In this document: positions 25,580 through 43,100 of the stretch, piece by piece
Layout of the letters: each line of letters begins with the position of its first letter
How positions within the stretch are numbered: position 1 is the stretch's first letter
Assembly (NCBI GenBank): GCA_010909165.1
Contig: MU008176.1
Span: 1,108,856 to 1,172,855, forward strand
From: Anthoceros angustus
Taxonomy: Eukaryota; Plantae; Anthocerotophyta
Direction of reading: 5' to 3'
Length of the DNA stretch: 64,000 bases
Position numbers and translations under genes: made by a program
The notes under the pieces: generated by a model
Seen by the model: only the letters and a program-made list of their open reading frames with translations
What the model was told of the DNA's origin: nothing
The model's database searches: none

Positions 25580-26281
25580 AATCTAGCCTTGAGGCTTCAA
25601 TTCACACGTACATTCAGCAAAGTGCAAACACACCTACTGGAGAGAAGACCCGCCTTTGAACCCGACCCAAGGAAACAATATTCGTTCCTGCCAGCTCGCT
25701 GCAATCCCTTGCAGCCTCATGACGAGAATCAAGAAGCCTGGAATTGCTCTGCATAGACATAAGGCTGCACCCACTGTGAAGCACAACCTTCGGTTGCGTA
25801 TATCAAGGATATGACGATTATCAGACCGAGAGAGTACCTTCCTCGAAATATCCTCCTGCCACTTTGAAGAATTCAAGGATTGTAGTTCCAGGCCCTGACT
25901 CCCCTTCATCTCAAGTTCAGCGGTAGACCACAGTGCTCGAGAAGACGGCCCCAGCTTTACTGAAGCCGACTTCAGCCCCCTGCCATGGTGGACCAGATGG
26001 TCACTACTTCCCCCTGGAGCAAGAGTGGCGCTATTTGAAGGCATCCCGAATGAACGATCCCCCGGCATTTTGCTTATGGGCCTACAAACGTGCACGGAGT
26101 GCAAGATCCGCTGAGCTCAGCACATTTTCAACAGGCGTTCTCCGAGAGTTTTCGAACTATCTCTTCCATTCCTGTCCTTATCTCGACTTCCCGCCGTTTC
26201 ACTGCCGCTGGAAGACGAAACAAACAGAACTTCGTTTGCCAGCCGGTGTTGCATTTGGGAGGGGGTATGAAAATTCGAGCC

Positions 26282-28991
<2,710 letters not shown>

Positions 28992-29262
28992 CCTGTCCCA
29001 AAAGGAGGGAAGGCAGGAGTAAGCCCCATTCCGTTAGCACGAAGATTCTTGTGCCAGGCGCATGACTGTGCTGTAGCTAGCTACCTACATACATGTAGGG
29101 TCTACCCTTCCGGGCTGGCAGTTTCTGCCGGTTAGCTCGGGACTTTCCTCGACCACGTCGAGGCGCCTCTCTGCCTCCACAAAGTCATAGGGTGGAAACA
29201 GCTATATATAGGGCTGACACGCAACCTCCATTAGCGATATGGGGTATATAGTCTAATCCCAA

Positions 29263-31212
29263 TTGACTTTAGTGATGCTAGGTCGAAAGGAAAACAGCAA
29301 CGCCTCTTTTACAGCGCTGCCGGAGAGTGAGCGAGTTCTGGTAAAGCATCATCGAGCTTCGAGGATGCAGAGAAAAGTGGTTGCATTGCGTCTGATTCCA
29401 CACTTCTGCATTTCTTCACAGAGCTGCATTGCCTGTTCCCTTTGTTCTTGCTGAGCATATCCTCCTATCACGGCTGTCCATGATAGTACATCACGCTGGG
29501 GCAGCTTGTCAAACACACGCTGTGCCTCCACAAGGTTCCACATTTGGCATACATATCCACCAGAGCACTGCCAATGACAGTCACGGATTCATAGCCCTGG
29601 CAATGAATGATATCCTCGTGAATTACAGTGCCCTTTTCTAAGGACTGTAATCTCATGAGTTGGCCGTCCACAAGTGACTCCTCTTCCAGTGAAGCTAAGC
29701 TGCAGCAAGCCCTCAACATGTTCAGAAGCGTCCCGTCATTGCAACCGATACCTTGTTCCTGCGTTTGTTCATAAAGCTGCAAGGCTGTCTCACTTTGTTC
29801 CTGTAGAGTGTATGCAAGCATTGCATTCCATGACACCACATTCCGCCGAGGCAGGCTGTCAAAGACACGACGAGCATTTATCAGGTCCCGCATTTTGCAT
29901 ACATGTGCAGAAGGGTGTTCCCAACAAATGGACCAAAAGGAAGCCTCGCCTGTTCACCTCTGCATGAATCAGCTTACCCGGACTCAGCAGGGCTTGTACT
30001 TTCAGATATTGGCCCTCACGAAGTGTGGCTTCTTCATCTGCTGCCAAGCTGGCACATGCTTTTCAGTCCACCCGGACAGGACCGACCGCCTGGACTGATC
30101 GCTTCACGTTGCATTTGAAGATAAAGTTGCAAAGCCTTGTCCCCTCTTCTTGCTGCGCATGACCTTAGCTCATGGCTGTCCAAGACGTAACATCGTGCTG
30201 GAACAAGTTGTCAAATACCCCTGTGCATCCACCATACTCCGCATTTTCGGTACATGTCAACAAGCTTATTCCCTACCAATTCGTCTGATTCATATCCCTT
30301 GCACTAACTTCAGCATGAATCTCTCTGCCTTGTTGCAGAGAATCAGACTTGACAAGTTGGCCATCGACAACCATGTCCTCTTCCTTAGTTGCTGAGCTGC
30401 CACGTGCTTTCAGCAAACCTACAAAGGTGCGATCATCTGGTCTCACATTCTCCTCCTTCATCTCAGCAAATAGTTCAAAGACTTTCTGTCCTTGTTCTTG
30501 CTGCGCATATCCTGTTATCATTGCATTCCACGCAACCACATCGCGCCTAGGTAATGTGTCAAACACTTGCTGCGCGTCCGCCATGCTCCCACATTTCGCA
30601 TACATGTCCAGTAGACTAGTTAGTTGCTACAATCAAGTTTGTATGTAACCCAGTGCTGAAAATTTCCTGATGGATCCACTCCTTCTTTCAGATCTGCTAA
30701 GCTGCTGCAGGCTTTAAGAAGGCTTGAGAAGGTGAACCTGTTTGGCTTCACATTGTCCTCCGCATGTGTCGATACATCCTCAGAGCCTGTCGAGGCTGTC
30801 CACTCTTGGTATTCCCTGTGATAATTGCTGTCCATGCGGTAGCATTTTCGGTGCCCCAGCCCGTTGAACACACGAAGTGCATCTGAAAAGCTCCACACTT
30901 CACAAACATGTCAACAGCAATTTCCAAGAAAGCCTGTCAAATCCACCCGTTCTTAGTCATGTGAGCATGCAATTGCTTGGCCTCTGCAAGAGACTTCATT
31001 CTACAGCAGCCTTGCAGCAGGAGGACATAAGTGTCAAAGGAGGTTGCCATGCCCTCCTGGTCCATCAGTCGCAGTGCTTCTTTCACTTGTCCCTGATCAC
31101 ACAAATTCGAGACCTGGAGAGCTATCCTGTGCATTTTCGCGTCTTCGATTTCGATGTCTTCCGTTGATGCCGTTCGGCCTGAGCAAAACAGGCTCAGCAA
31201 TGGACCCAGCAT
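29263..31212 (-). pseudogene. PLS-class PPR gene, copy B (frameshifted, truncated); possible extra 5' exon up to ~31884
   Basis: ORF fragments 29349-29543, 29468-29893, 30273-30605 and 30937-31212 match copy A. Confidence 0.9.
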
Positions 31213-31910
31213 AATCTAGCCTTGAGGCTTCAATTCACACGTACATTCAGCAAAGTGCAAACACACCTACTGGAGAGAAGACCCGCCTTTGAACCCAACC
31301 CAAGGAAACAGTATTCGTTCCTGCCAGCTCGCTGCAATCCCTTGCAGCCTCATGGCGAGAATCCAGAAGCCTGGAATTGCTCTGCATAGACATAAGGCTG
31401 CACCCACTGTGAAGCACAACCTTCGATTGCATATACCAAGGATATGACGCTTATCAGACCGACAGAGTACCTTCCTCGAAACATCCTGCTGCCACTTCGA
31501 AGAATTCAAGGATTGTAGTTCCAGGCCCTGACTCCCCTTCATCCCAAGTTCAGCGGTAGACCGCAGTGCTCGAGAAGACGGCCCCAGCTTTACTGACGCC
31601 GACTTCAGCCCCCTGCCATGGTGGACCAGATGGTCACTACTTCCCCTGGAGCAAGAGTGGCGCTGTTTGAAGGCATCCCGAATGGACGATCCCCGGCATT
31701 TTGGCGATGGGCCTACAAACCTGCACGGAGTGCAAGATCCACTGAGCTCAGCACATTTTCCACAGGCGTTCTCCGAGACTTTTCGAACAATCTCGTCCAT
31801 CCCTGTCCTTATCTCGACTTCCCCCGTTTCACTGCCGCTGGCAGACGAAACAAACAGAACTTCGTTTGCCAGCCGGTGTTGCATTTGGGAGGGGCATGAA
31901 AATCCGAGCC

Positions 31911-34667
31911 ATGGCTATGGCGCGGGCCTGTGTGGCCCAGCCTCTGCTGAGTCTCACGGTTTCTTCGAGTCGCACCGGGTAATGAGTGGTAGCATGCCTT
32001 TCGAGTGTCGTGCTTGCTTTCGCTAGGTGCAGATTGTGAGCTTCAACTCCTGCGCTCAATCTCCGCGTCAACTCTGGTGTGCAGGTGCCGTGGGAGGCTG
32101 CCCGTGTTACATTTGCATTGTTCGAGAGGGCCTTCCCATGCAAATTTTGCTCTCTAGCAGATTCTGGCCGCCTTCCGCAGCGAAATGTTTTACAAGGAAA
32201 TGAAAGGAAGGTCAGCACTTTTGCAGCTCCAGAGGCTCTTGTGTCCCCACCAACAATCGATGCCACGGAGAGCTCTTCTTCTGTGAAGTGAGTCAAGTGG
32301 CTGTTGTTCACGAGCTGGGCTTCAGACTTTCTAGCACTCATCATGAAGTTCAAACATGGTCCATGGATCAGGAAAGAGTGGTTTCTGGAGTGCAGCCTAC
32401 AGGAAGCATTCATCTGGGCAATTACCTTGGCGCCATCAAGAACTGGGTCTCGCTACAGGTTGTCCAGCAGAGTCAGCTTCATTCGCTGTTGTGAATTATT
32501 CAAACAGATCCGCGTGTTGATATCAAAAGTGGAGTGGGATTATGGTTTGCACTGAATCCTGAAGAAAACATAGGAATCACATCCGAATAACGTTACGGGT
32601 TGCCTTGCAGGATGTCTACGACACGCTTTTCTTTGTGGTGGATTTGCACGCAGTACGTTTCTTATGCTACGTGCTGTTTGGAAACCCTGCTCAAGCATGA
32701 AGTCTGCTTATCTACCCCCGTCTTTTCTTTGAAAAAGCTTCCACTTTCCATGGGACTGTGCAGATAACTTTGCCTCATGAACCACAAGAGCTGTCAAAGG
32801 CAACAAGGAAATCCGCTGCTCTGTACATCGCCTGTGGTGTGGATCCTGCAAAGGTGATCTTGTTTTGTCTGCTGCAACTGTTTTCCTGCCATGCATTCTG
32901 ATGCTGCAGAGTTTCTTACAGTTCACAAAGCATATCGCTCACAGGCCTCAATTTTCATACAATCCCATGTCCCGGCGCATACAGAGCTGACATGGTTGTT
33001 GAGCTGCATTACGCCGATCAGCTGGTTGAACAAGATGATACAATTCAAAGAAAAATCTCGCAAGTCGGTAGGTCCTTGATCTTAATCTTGTCACGTTATA
33101 GACAGCAAGTGTTTTGAGTTTTTGGTAGTGCAAATGTCCTCGTATATGCCTGCCAATCCGGATTAATGGGTGCTGGCAAGTGTCAGCCTGATGGTCAGTT
33201 CTGTTGGCCAACTGCAGGGAGAGGATGTAGGGACTGGACTGCTAACTTATCCTCTGTTAATGGCATCAGATATCCTTCTGTACCAGGTGATCCCCTCAGA
33301 TCAAACATTTTGTTCTCACGTCGAGGTTTTCTGTGCACCCTTGTGTGGTCACAAATGGTGTGGTTGTTGGGCAGTGTGATCTGGTGCCAGTTGGGGAAGA
33401 TCAACGACAGCACCTTGAGCTAACTCGAGATATAGCAGACCGTGTCAACCACTTATATGGTGGCAAGAAATGGAAGAAGCTTGGAGGGTGAGTGACTGTC
33501 TTGTCCCCACTGCGAGTATGGTCCTCAACAAGAAACGTGTCATCGCTTAACCACAAGTGTCCGTATATTTGGTTTGCTTACAGGAGGGGTGGCAGGATTT
33601 TTAAGGTAATAAGAAAACATTTCCATCACGTTTAAGTACAGAATGCAAGTGTGGTGCCAGCATGATTGCAAGGACCCTGGGTATCCATTAGGTTCCAGAA
33701 GCATTCATCCCACCAGCTGGAGCACGTATAATGTCGCTAACAGATGGACTATCGAAGGTAATAATCCCTACACTTTTGTCAGATGCACATGCATGACATT
33801 CGAGATTCTCTTGTTCTCATCGAAGGCTGTTGTTTGTTTGGCCACAGATGTCCAAATCCGCACCGTCTGACCAATCACGCATAAATCTCCTCGACACACA
33901 TGATGTACTCTGTCCATCCATACAAGATGTTGAAGGACTGACCTCTTGATGACTTGGCTGATTGGCACTGGACTTTTGCAGGAAATCACAAATAAGATAA
34001 AAAGATGCAAGACAGATTCCTATGTTGGGTAAGATCCAAGCTCTAGCCTTTGGGCCTTGAGGAAATGGGGTCTGTGGGGGAGCAGCCTTTGCTAAATTCA
34101 TGCTGCGTAGTTCGACAAAGAAAACTCATGCTGCATCTCTCAAATATGTGCAGGATGGAATTTGACAACCCAGAGAGGCCAGAGTGCACCAACCTCTTAT
34201 CAATCTACCAGCTGTTGTCAGGCAAAACCAAGGAGGTATAGCCAAATTCAATCGATGCATATTCGCATGCTTGATGAGGCACCCCTATGATCTCCTCACA
34301 CCCCTGCAGGAAGTAGCATCTGAGTGCGGAGCCATGAATTGGGGCCAATTCAAGCCTGTCCTGGTGGATGCTGTCATTGCCCACCTGGACCCTATCCAGG
34401 TACTTTCTTACCCACCCGAAGCGTAAGCCAATTCCTAGGCTGGTATACCAACAGGATGCTGAATTGCGGCGTGGCATGCAGAAATCTTACGCGGAGGTTG
34501 TAAACGACCCGTCTTACCTGGACTCCATCCTTGCCCAAGGGGCGGAACAAGCAGATAGTATCGCAAGGATCACTTTGGACAACGTTTACAACGCCCTGGG
34601 TTTCATCAGGCCTCAGAGACTGGTCACCTCTGCAACGGAGCTGAAAACTCTGTCCAGGGCTGCTTAA
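31911..34667 (+). CDS. OVA4: Organellar (chloroplast/mitochondrial) tryptophanyl-tRNA synthetase, copy 3, multi-exon, probably functional
   Basis: GT-AG exons give [99 protein letters not shown]|MSKSAPSD and [19 protein letters not shown], all without the lesions of copies 1 and 2. N-terminal transit-peptide exons and exact start are uncertain; a few homopolymer indels look like sequencing error. Confidence 0.85.
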
Positions 34668-35251
34668 CCTGTCCCAAAAAAGAGGGGAAGGCAGGAGTAA
34701 GCCCCATTCCGTTAGCAAGAAGATTCTTGTGCTAGGCGCATGACTGTGCTATATAGTTAGCTACCTCCAGGGAGGGTCTACCCTTACGGGCTGGCAATAT
34801 CTGCGACTTTCTTCGATGTGGTCGGGGCGCCTCTCTGCCTTCAAATGGACACATTTATAAGAACGCCACTATTAAGCATCCCGATTGAAGATGGGTACTG
34901 TTAGAGGCGAGGGGCTGTCTAGACTAAGGGTGGGTTCGCATGAACCCGAACCCCGAGGGCCTAATCTGAGCCGGAGTTGCGGCGTCCGCGTTCGCATGTG
35001 CCCCGAACTACAACCCGGATTTCCTTACTTTTACCTACTGTAACCGGTTGAGATACCGGTTGTTTCGGTTTGTCCGTTGAAGCTCCACGGACCCTACCTA
35101 CTTTAAGTAACTCCACAAACCGCACGGGGCGCATTTGGGCTTTTGCAAGGACAGGGTTCAAGTTCTGTTGGGAGCAGCGCTTGGGAGTTCAAGTTCTGTA
35201 GGGGAGCAGCGCTTTGTGGATGGTGCCAAGAACTTGAGCTGGTTTGGTTTC

Positions 35252-36761
<1,510 letters not shown>

Positions 36762-37099
36762 GACTACATTACAAACATACAAAGAAGACTACAGCCAGAA
36801 TGTGTATGGACAAGAGCACTTAATAAAGCTTCCAAATCATGAAGAAAGAAGAGCGAAGCCACACATCCACTTATTTTGTAATGCCATTTTTAATTTGGGC
36901 AGCTTCTATTAGAGAAGCTCCTAAATTCCGAATACTGCCTGAAAGCTCTGTGATTGCTAACAACATGCCCCTGCCAATCTCAGAACTGCAGTCTATCTTT
37001 TTTTGTAGCAACATGCGTTGCTATCTTCTCTCGCTCTAGTTCTAAGATTTGTTGATGCCTACCCTGTTTGGACTCCTCGTTAGCTCTTAGTAAATCCAT

Positions 37100-37520
37100 C
37101 TAATCTGCATGGTTCTTCTCAAATAAAGGTACAAGGCCGCTTACTCCATTCTGTGCTTTTAGTTTCCTCCATTTGCCACTCCCAGATTCACTGTTTGCTT
37201 GCATGGGGGTGCCTTCCTCTCCGTCAGTTTCCATGCCAGTGGTACTGTTAGCATCTGCTTGCCTTGTTTTGCTGCTGCTATCCACAGTTCCGTGGCTATT
37301 CACTGCTTTGTTGCAGCTGAAGATGTACATAGCATCATATAGTGTTCTACTCATATCTTTGGGGAGTTTTTGTGCCTCTCGCTCCCCCTTCTCCATAGCC
37401 CAATAGCTTGACCTTCCCGAATGACTGCCAGGCCTCTCCCAGTCTTGCACCTTGTTGAAGTCTATCATCAAAGCTTCCCAGCGGTCCTTACACTGTTTGT
37501 TAATCTTGAAGATCCCTAAA
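37100..37520 (-). pseudogene. Harbinger Myb/SANT-like (trihelix) DNA-binding protein, 3' part; upstream part split by the Copia insertion
   Basis: KQCKDRWEALMIDFNKVQDWE...SYWAMEKGEREAQKLPKDMSRTLYDAM is typical of Myb_DNA-bind_4 proteins partnered with Harbinger transposases. Confidence 0.8.
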
Positions 37521-38850
37521 GCTGCTGTGGAACGCCAAATTTTGGGTCCACGGTTAGAAGAGGGGCGGATGCCTCCTAGTTTTGTTCATGTTAGTTAGGT
37601 TTCATTTTCTTTTTCTTTTCTCATCAACGGATCAGCAGCGGAAGGCAATGACAAAGAGTGGCGGTGGAAGCGGGCGGGGATTGCGTCCCCGACTCGGCAG
37701 ACGAGAATGGAGGAAAAACGGACCTAAAAACGGGTCCAATGGCTAGAAAGGACGGAGGTCCGGACGGGAGGTCTGGACAGGAGGTCTGGACAGGAGGGTT
37801 GGAAGAACTTACGCGTGAGAGGTAGGTTTGCGGAAGGCCGAACCTGCAGACAGGAGGGTTGGTGCCGGGCCTAGTGGCGGCGGCGCCAGTAATGATATAC
37901 AATGTTGATATCATAGTTAGGGTTTAGGGGTTTAAGTTATCCATATATCACCAAGATATGATAAGCTAGGGTTTACTAGATATGGTGTCGTTTCATTAGG
38001 GGTTACGTCTCTAAGTGAATAGATACAACGTTTCATTTTAGTTTCCTCCATTTGCCACTCCATTCCTTTGTTTGCTTGCATGGGGTGCCTTCCTCCGGTT
38101 TCCATGCTGCTGGTGCTAGATCCGCTTGTTTGCTTTCACGCCATTCAGTTACCTGGCTATTCAACCGCTGTTGCACCAAGATGTTATGTGCATCATATAG
38201 TGTTCTACTCATCTTGGGAGTTTTGTGCCTCGCTCCCCCCTTCTCCATAGCCCAATAGCTTGACCTTCGAATGAGCGCAGGCCTCTCGCCTTGCACCTTG
38301 TTGAAGTCTATCATCAAAGCTTCCATGCCTTAATCGTTGTTAATCTTGAAGATCCTAAAGGCTGTGGAACGCCAAATTTTGGGTCCACGGTTAGAAGAGG
38401 CGGATGCCTCTAGTTTTATTCATGTTAGTTAGGTTTCATTTTCTTTTTCTTTTCTCATCAACGGATCAGCAGCGGAAGACAAAGTGGCAAAGAGTGGCCG
38501 CGAGAAGCCAGTGATTTTATAAACACCTGGATGAGAATGGAGGAAAAGCGGACCTAAGCGGGTCCAATGGCTAGAAAGGACGGAGGTCCTGGGACGGAGG
38601 TCCTGGGGAGGAGTGGCGCAGGAGGTTGGAAGAACTTACGTGAGAGGTAGGTTGGAAGGCCGAACCTGCAGACAGGAGGTTGGTGCGGGCCTAGTGGCGG
38701 CGCGATGATATACAATGTTGATATCATAGTTAGGGTTTAGGGGTTTAAGTTATCCATATCACCAAGATATGATAAGCTAGGGTTTACTAGATATGGTGTC
38801 GTTTCATTAGGGGTTACGTCTCTAAGTGAATAGATACAACGTTTCATTAA
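37157..38850. repeat. Tandem duplication (~0.85 kb) spanning the Myb gene/Copia LTR junction; second copy error-rich
   Basis: TTTAGTTTCCTCCATTTGCCACTCC at ~37158 and ~38037; LTR start appears at both 37890 and ~38705. Confidence 0.9.
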
Positions 38851-38960
38851 GTTTAGTTTTAGTTGTCTTTTCATGCATAAGCAACTTACTTCTTTCTTGA
38901 TCCAACAATGTAATTATTCTATAATGTTTAATTGATCTACATTAGTCCATAAAATCTTCA
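38705..38960 (+). repeat. Copia 5' LTR (partial duplicate at 37890-38036)
   Basis: Matches 48818-49076; ends AAAATCTTCA immediately before the PBS; contains TTAGGGTTTAGGGG motifs. Confidence 0.92.
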
Positions 38961-38972
38961 TGGTATCGAGCT
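38961..38972 (+). promoter_or_regulatory. Primer binding site (initiator tRNA-Met type)
   Basis: TGGTATCGAGC, one base short of the canonical TGGTATCAGAGC, directly after the LTR-terminal CA. Confidence 0.85.
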
Positions 38973-40110
38973 ACCTAGTGTAGGTTGCATTCAAATGAAT
39001 GCACATTGAAATTGTGCATCGAAAATATGCACAATGTTCTTTGATTGTTTTCTTGTTTTATAAATAAGTTAAAATCAAGAAACATAAGATAGAAAAAGAA
39101 TGGGTGCATTCTTGTTTTTATTCTATTTTTATTTTGATGAATTCATATAGATTACGCAAGATCGAGCAGATAGTCTAGCGCACTTCCAGTTGAGTTGCTA
39201 CTTGAGCAATTCAATGGAGGCACACTAAACATGCGGTGGGCAGTATATATGTAAAAATCATATAAAGAAAACAGAAAATGCAGAATTGCATTGTATATAC
39301 AATCGTGGCACATAGCCATGGAAAATTACATCTACCAAAATCCCGGTGAATCCTAGGAGGAACAATCAAAATCCAAGGCGGGATCGAAATGCGAGAGACA
39401 AACCGCACATCAATTACATGGGCGCATCCTACGTGGAGCAACTTGCCCGGAAATCAAGCACAAGGAGACACATTGCGAGGCCTTCAACACACTTCTCAAT
39501 TGCTGTTCCCAGCGAGCTTGACTTGACATTCACAATGATAATAGTGCAACATCGACCACTTCGAGAACATACACCAACGCGGCTTCCTCTGGCAGGCGTT
39601 GTACAATCAGAGGTGTAAACACAATTGTTCAGCGTCTTGAGGCTTAATAGGAATGTTGAAAGCAGATGTCTGATTTGGTCATGTCGCTTGGCTAGCATTG
39701 ATCTGCGATTTGAAAGAGCGCTAACACACTTAGATTACAAGCTTGTAATGTTCGAAACCGAGTTGTTGGCCAACCCAGCATTCAGAGGCACAACATGCAA
39801 GCACGTAAGTAAAACTAAGCATGAAAGGAAGTTTGATACACCTAACTCTTGCCCTTCATGCTCCACTTACGCATTCAATAAGTTTGAGATGAGAAACTCT
39901 AAGATAGTCGCACGCATAGCGCTTTGGGAACAAACCATACCATACGCAGAGCTGAGCAACCACAAAACCAACACGCATTGTAAGTAGAATGTATGGATGG
40001 TGAGAATAGTGGCTCTGTGCCATGATAGTGTTCATGCTAGTGACCGAAGAAGACACATTAGAAAGCTTCTTCAATCAGAGGACAAACTCTTAGGAGTTCA
40101 GCAACCCAAA

Positions 40111-43100
40111 ATGGGTGACACATCCTCTACACATAATTTTGGGCAGTGAGTCCTTCAAGGAGAAGGGAGTTCATGAAATGACTTTGACATCGGCTTATAA
40201 GAATGGAGGCGTTCTCGAAATGAGAGGCCTCCTCAAACATGCTCTTGGAAAAGTAGTGAAACCAGACGAGGATCTTGGAGAGGAAGAATGGTTAGCTAAG
40301 GACGGAGCCAAATACCTCATCTGCGATGGCGACAACCGAGATGTTGAGGCGAGGCATGAGGTGAATACTTGGCCGAAATCATGAATCGCCTAAAGGAACT
40401 CTGAGCGAGAACATGGTAAGCGCAATGACTCTAAGGAATTTTGAACCTAAGGATGAAGGACGGTGACTCGGTGGAGAAACACGTGAGTACCTTGAGGACC
40501 CTAGCCTCACGGCTTGGTGCCTCCAAAGTTGCCATTGGAGATGATGAGATGGTGATGAGGCTCCTTCTTTCGCTTCAGTCATGGTCACATTTCGTGACTT
40601 CTCATCTGCTCAAACACAAGCTACGTTGTTAGCTAAAAGCAAGGCATAGAGATGCGAAATGAGCTTCTCACATCGTGAGTTCCATCTTTGCAAGAAGAAG
40701 CCAGGACCAACCATAAGCGAGAAACAGGCCTGTACACCTCACAACAAGGACGAGGAGGGAAGAAGCCCTTCTCCAAAGGAGGTGGTGGAAACTCTTCCAG
40801 GGGAGGTAGCTCTGGCGGATCCTCACCCGGGAAGAAAACAAAGAAGCCAGGAACCTGCAACTGGTGCAAGCTGCCTGGCCATTGGGAAAAAGAGTGCCGC
40901 AAAAAGCAGGCTGGAGTTCCTCGCAAGGAGGGAACCAGCGCTGAATCAAATGTTGTGGTAAAAAAGGTTAATACCCCATCAGCTCTTACAGTTGGGACTA
41001 GGGAGTTTGCTAGTCCATTGCTGCTTCCCACTTGTCTTTCCTCCAAAGTGAATCTGAAACCAACATCAGAATGGTTCTTAGAATCTGGTGCTCGCACATA
41101 TCGCTTTGATAGGAATGAATTTAAAACATACGGTCGATCAATATGTTTACCTTGGGGACGATAGGTCTCTAGTCTCACCGGTAGCTTGAGTTAATAGTTC
41201 CTACTGGAAACACACTCAAGTTAGAAGATGTCTACTATGTGCCCGAGATGACTAGAAACCTGATCTCTGTTAGAAGATTGAATGCCGACAATAACAGTCA
41301 TGTCGTATTCACAAGAACAGACTGCAGAATCATAGATGCATTTGACCCTAGAAAGGTACTTGCGCATGGGTCTTCGGACCATGATCTGTTCCGTCTCCAT
41401 TTGCACAGTGGAGTAGCAGAGTCCCACCTGACACAAGACGTCTCCCTTGCATCACGCACAAACGGCAAAGGCTCGGTGTGGCATGCACGCCTAGGTCATC
41501 CTCACATGGCAAAGCTACAAAATTGGCTAGTGACCGTGAAGAAGACACATTAGAAAGCTTCTTCAATCAGAGGACAAACTCTTAGGAGTTCAGCAACCCA
41601 AAATGGGTGACACATCCTCTACACATAATTTTGAAGTGAGTCCTTCAAGGAGAAGGACAGTTCAATGAAATGACTTTGACATCCGGCTTATAAGAATGGA
41701 GGCGTTCGAAATGAGAGGCCTCCTCAAACATGCTCTTGGAAAAGTAGTGAAACAGACGAGGATCTTGGAGAGGAAGAATGGTAAGGACGGAGCCAAATAC
41801 CTCATACGCAGTGGCACGACAACCGAGATGTTGAGGCATGAGGTGAATACTTGGCCGAAATCATGAATCGCCTAAAGGAACTCTACGCAGGCGGAACATG
41901 GTAAGCGCAATGCCTAAGGAATTTTCGAACCTAAGGATGAAGGACTCGGGAGAAACACGTGAGTACCTTCAGGACCCTAGCCTCACGGCTGTGGTGCCTC
42001 AAAGTTGCCATTGGAGATGATGAGATGGTGATGAGGCTCCTTCTTTCGCTTCAGTCATGGTCACATTTCGTGACTTCTCATACAACGCCAAACACAAGCT
42101 ACGTTGTTAGCTAAAAGCAAGGCATAGAGATGCACGAAATGAGCTTCTCACACTCGTGAGTTCCATGCGCAAGAAGCCAGCAGGACCAACCATAAGAAAG
42201 GTGGAAACAGCCTGTACACCTCACAACAAGGACGGAGGAAGAAGCCCTTCTCCAAAGGAGGTGGTGGAAACTCTTCGGGGAGGTAGCTCGGATCCTCACC
42301 CGGAAGAAAACAAAGAAGCCGTGAACCCGCAACTGCAAGCTCGCCATTGGGAAAAGAGTGCCGCAAAAGCGGAGTTCCTCGCAAGGAGGGAACCACTCAA
42401 TCAAATGTTGTGGTAAAAGGTTAATACCCCATCGCCTCTATTGGGACTAGGAGTTTGCTAGTCCATTGTCGCTTCCCACTTGTCTTTCCTCCAAAGTGAA
42501 TCAAACCAACAGAATGGTTCTTAGATCTGGTGCTCGCACATATCTCGCTTTGATAGGAATGAAAACATATGATCGGCCGATCAATATGTTTACCTTAGGG
42601 ACGATAGGTCTCTAGTCTCACCCGGTCGGCAGTTGAGTTAATAGTTCCCACCGGAAACAAGTTAGAAGATGTCTACCATGTGCCCGAGATGACTAGAAAC
42701 ACGATCTCAAGAAGATTGAATGCCGATACAGCCATGTCGTGTTCACAAGAATGTTGCGTAATCATAGATGCATTTGACCCTAGAAAGGTACTTGCGCATG
42801 GGTCTTGGACCATGATCCGCTCCGTCTCCATTTGCAGTGGAGTAGCAGAGTCCCACCGACACAAGACGCCTCCCTTGCATCCGCACAACAAACAAAGAAG
42901 GCTCGGTTGTGGCATGCACGCCTAGGTCATCCTCACATGGCAAAGCTACAAAATTGCATGGAGTGACTGTATCAAGATGGACCTATTGGCCCTTGACTCC
43001 TATACCCTTATGTGAGGCTTGTGTATTGTCGAAGAAACACCAAGCTGCCTTCAAGAACAAAGCACCTCACCGTGCTTCTGATGTACTTGAGCTTGTACAT

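Noticed and set aside
31911-34667. Single-base indels in TrpRS copy 3 as evidence of pseudogenisation
   Set aside because: They fall in homopolymers and vary randomly among the three copies, matching the sequencing-error pattern seen throughout the window; all conserved residues are retained.
37915-37935. TTAGGGTTTAGGGG as an interstitial telomere or chromosome-fusion scar (also near 48465, 48845, 56523)
   Set aside because: Only 2-3 degenerate units, and they are an integral part of LTR or element sequence repeated with each copy.
38961-38972. tRNA gene
   Set aside because: Only the ~11 nt complement of a tRNA 3' end (PBS); no cloverleaf.
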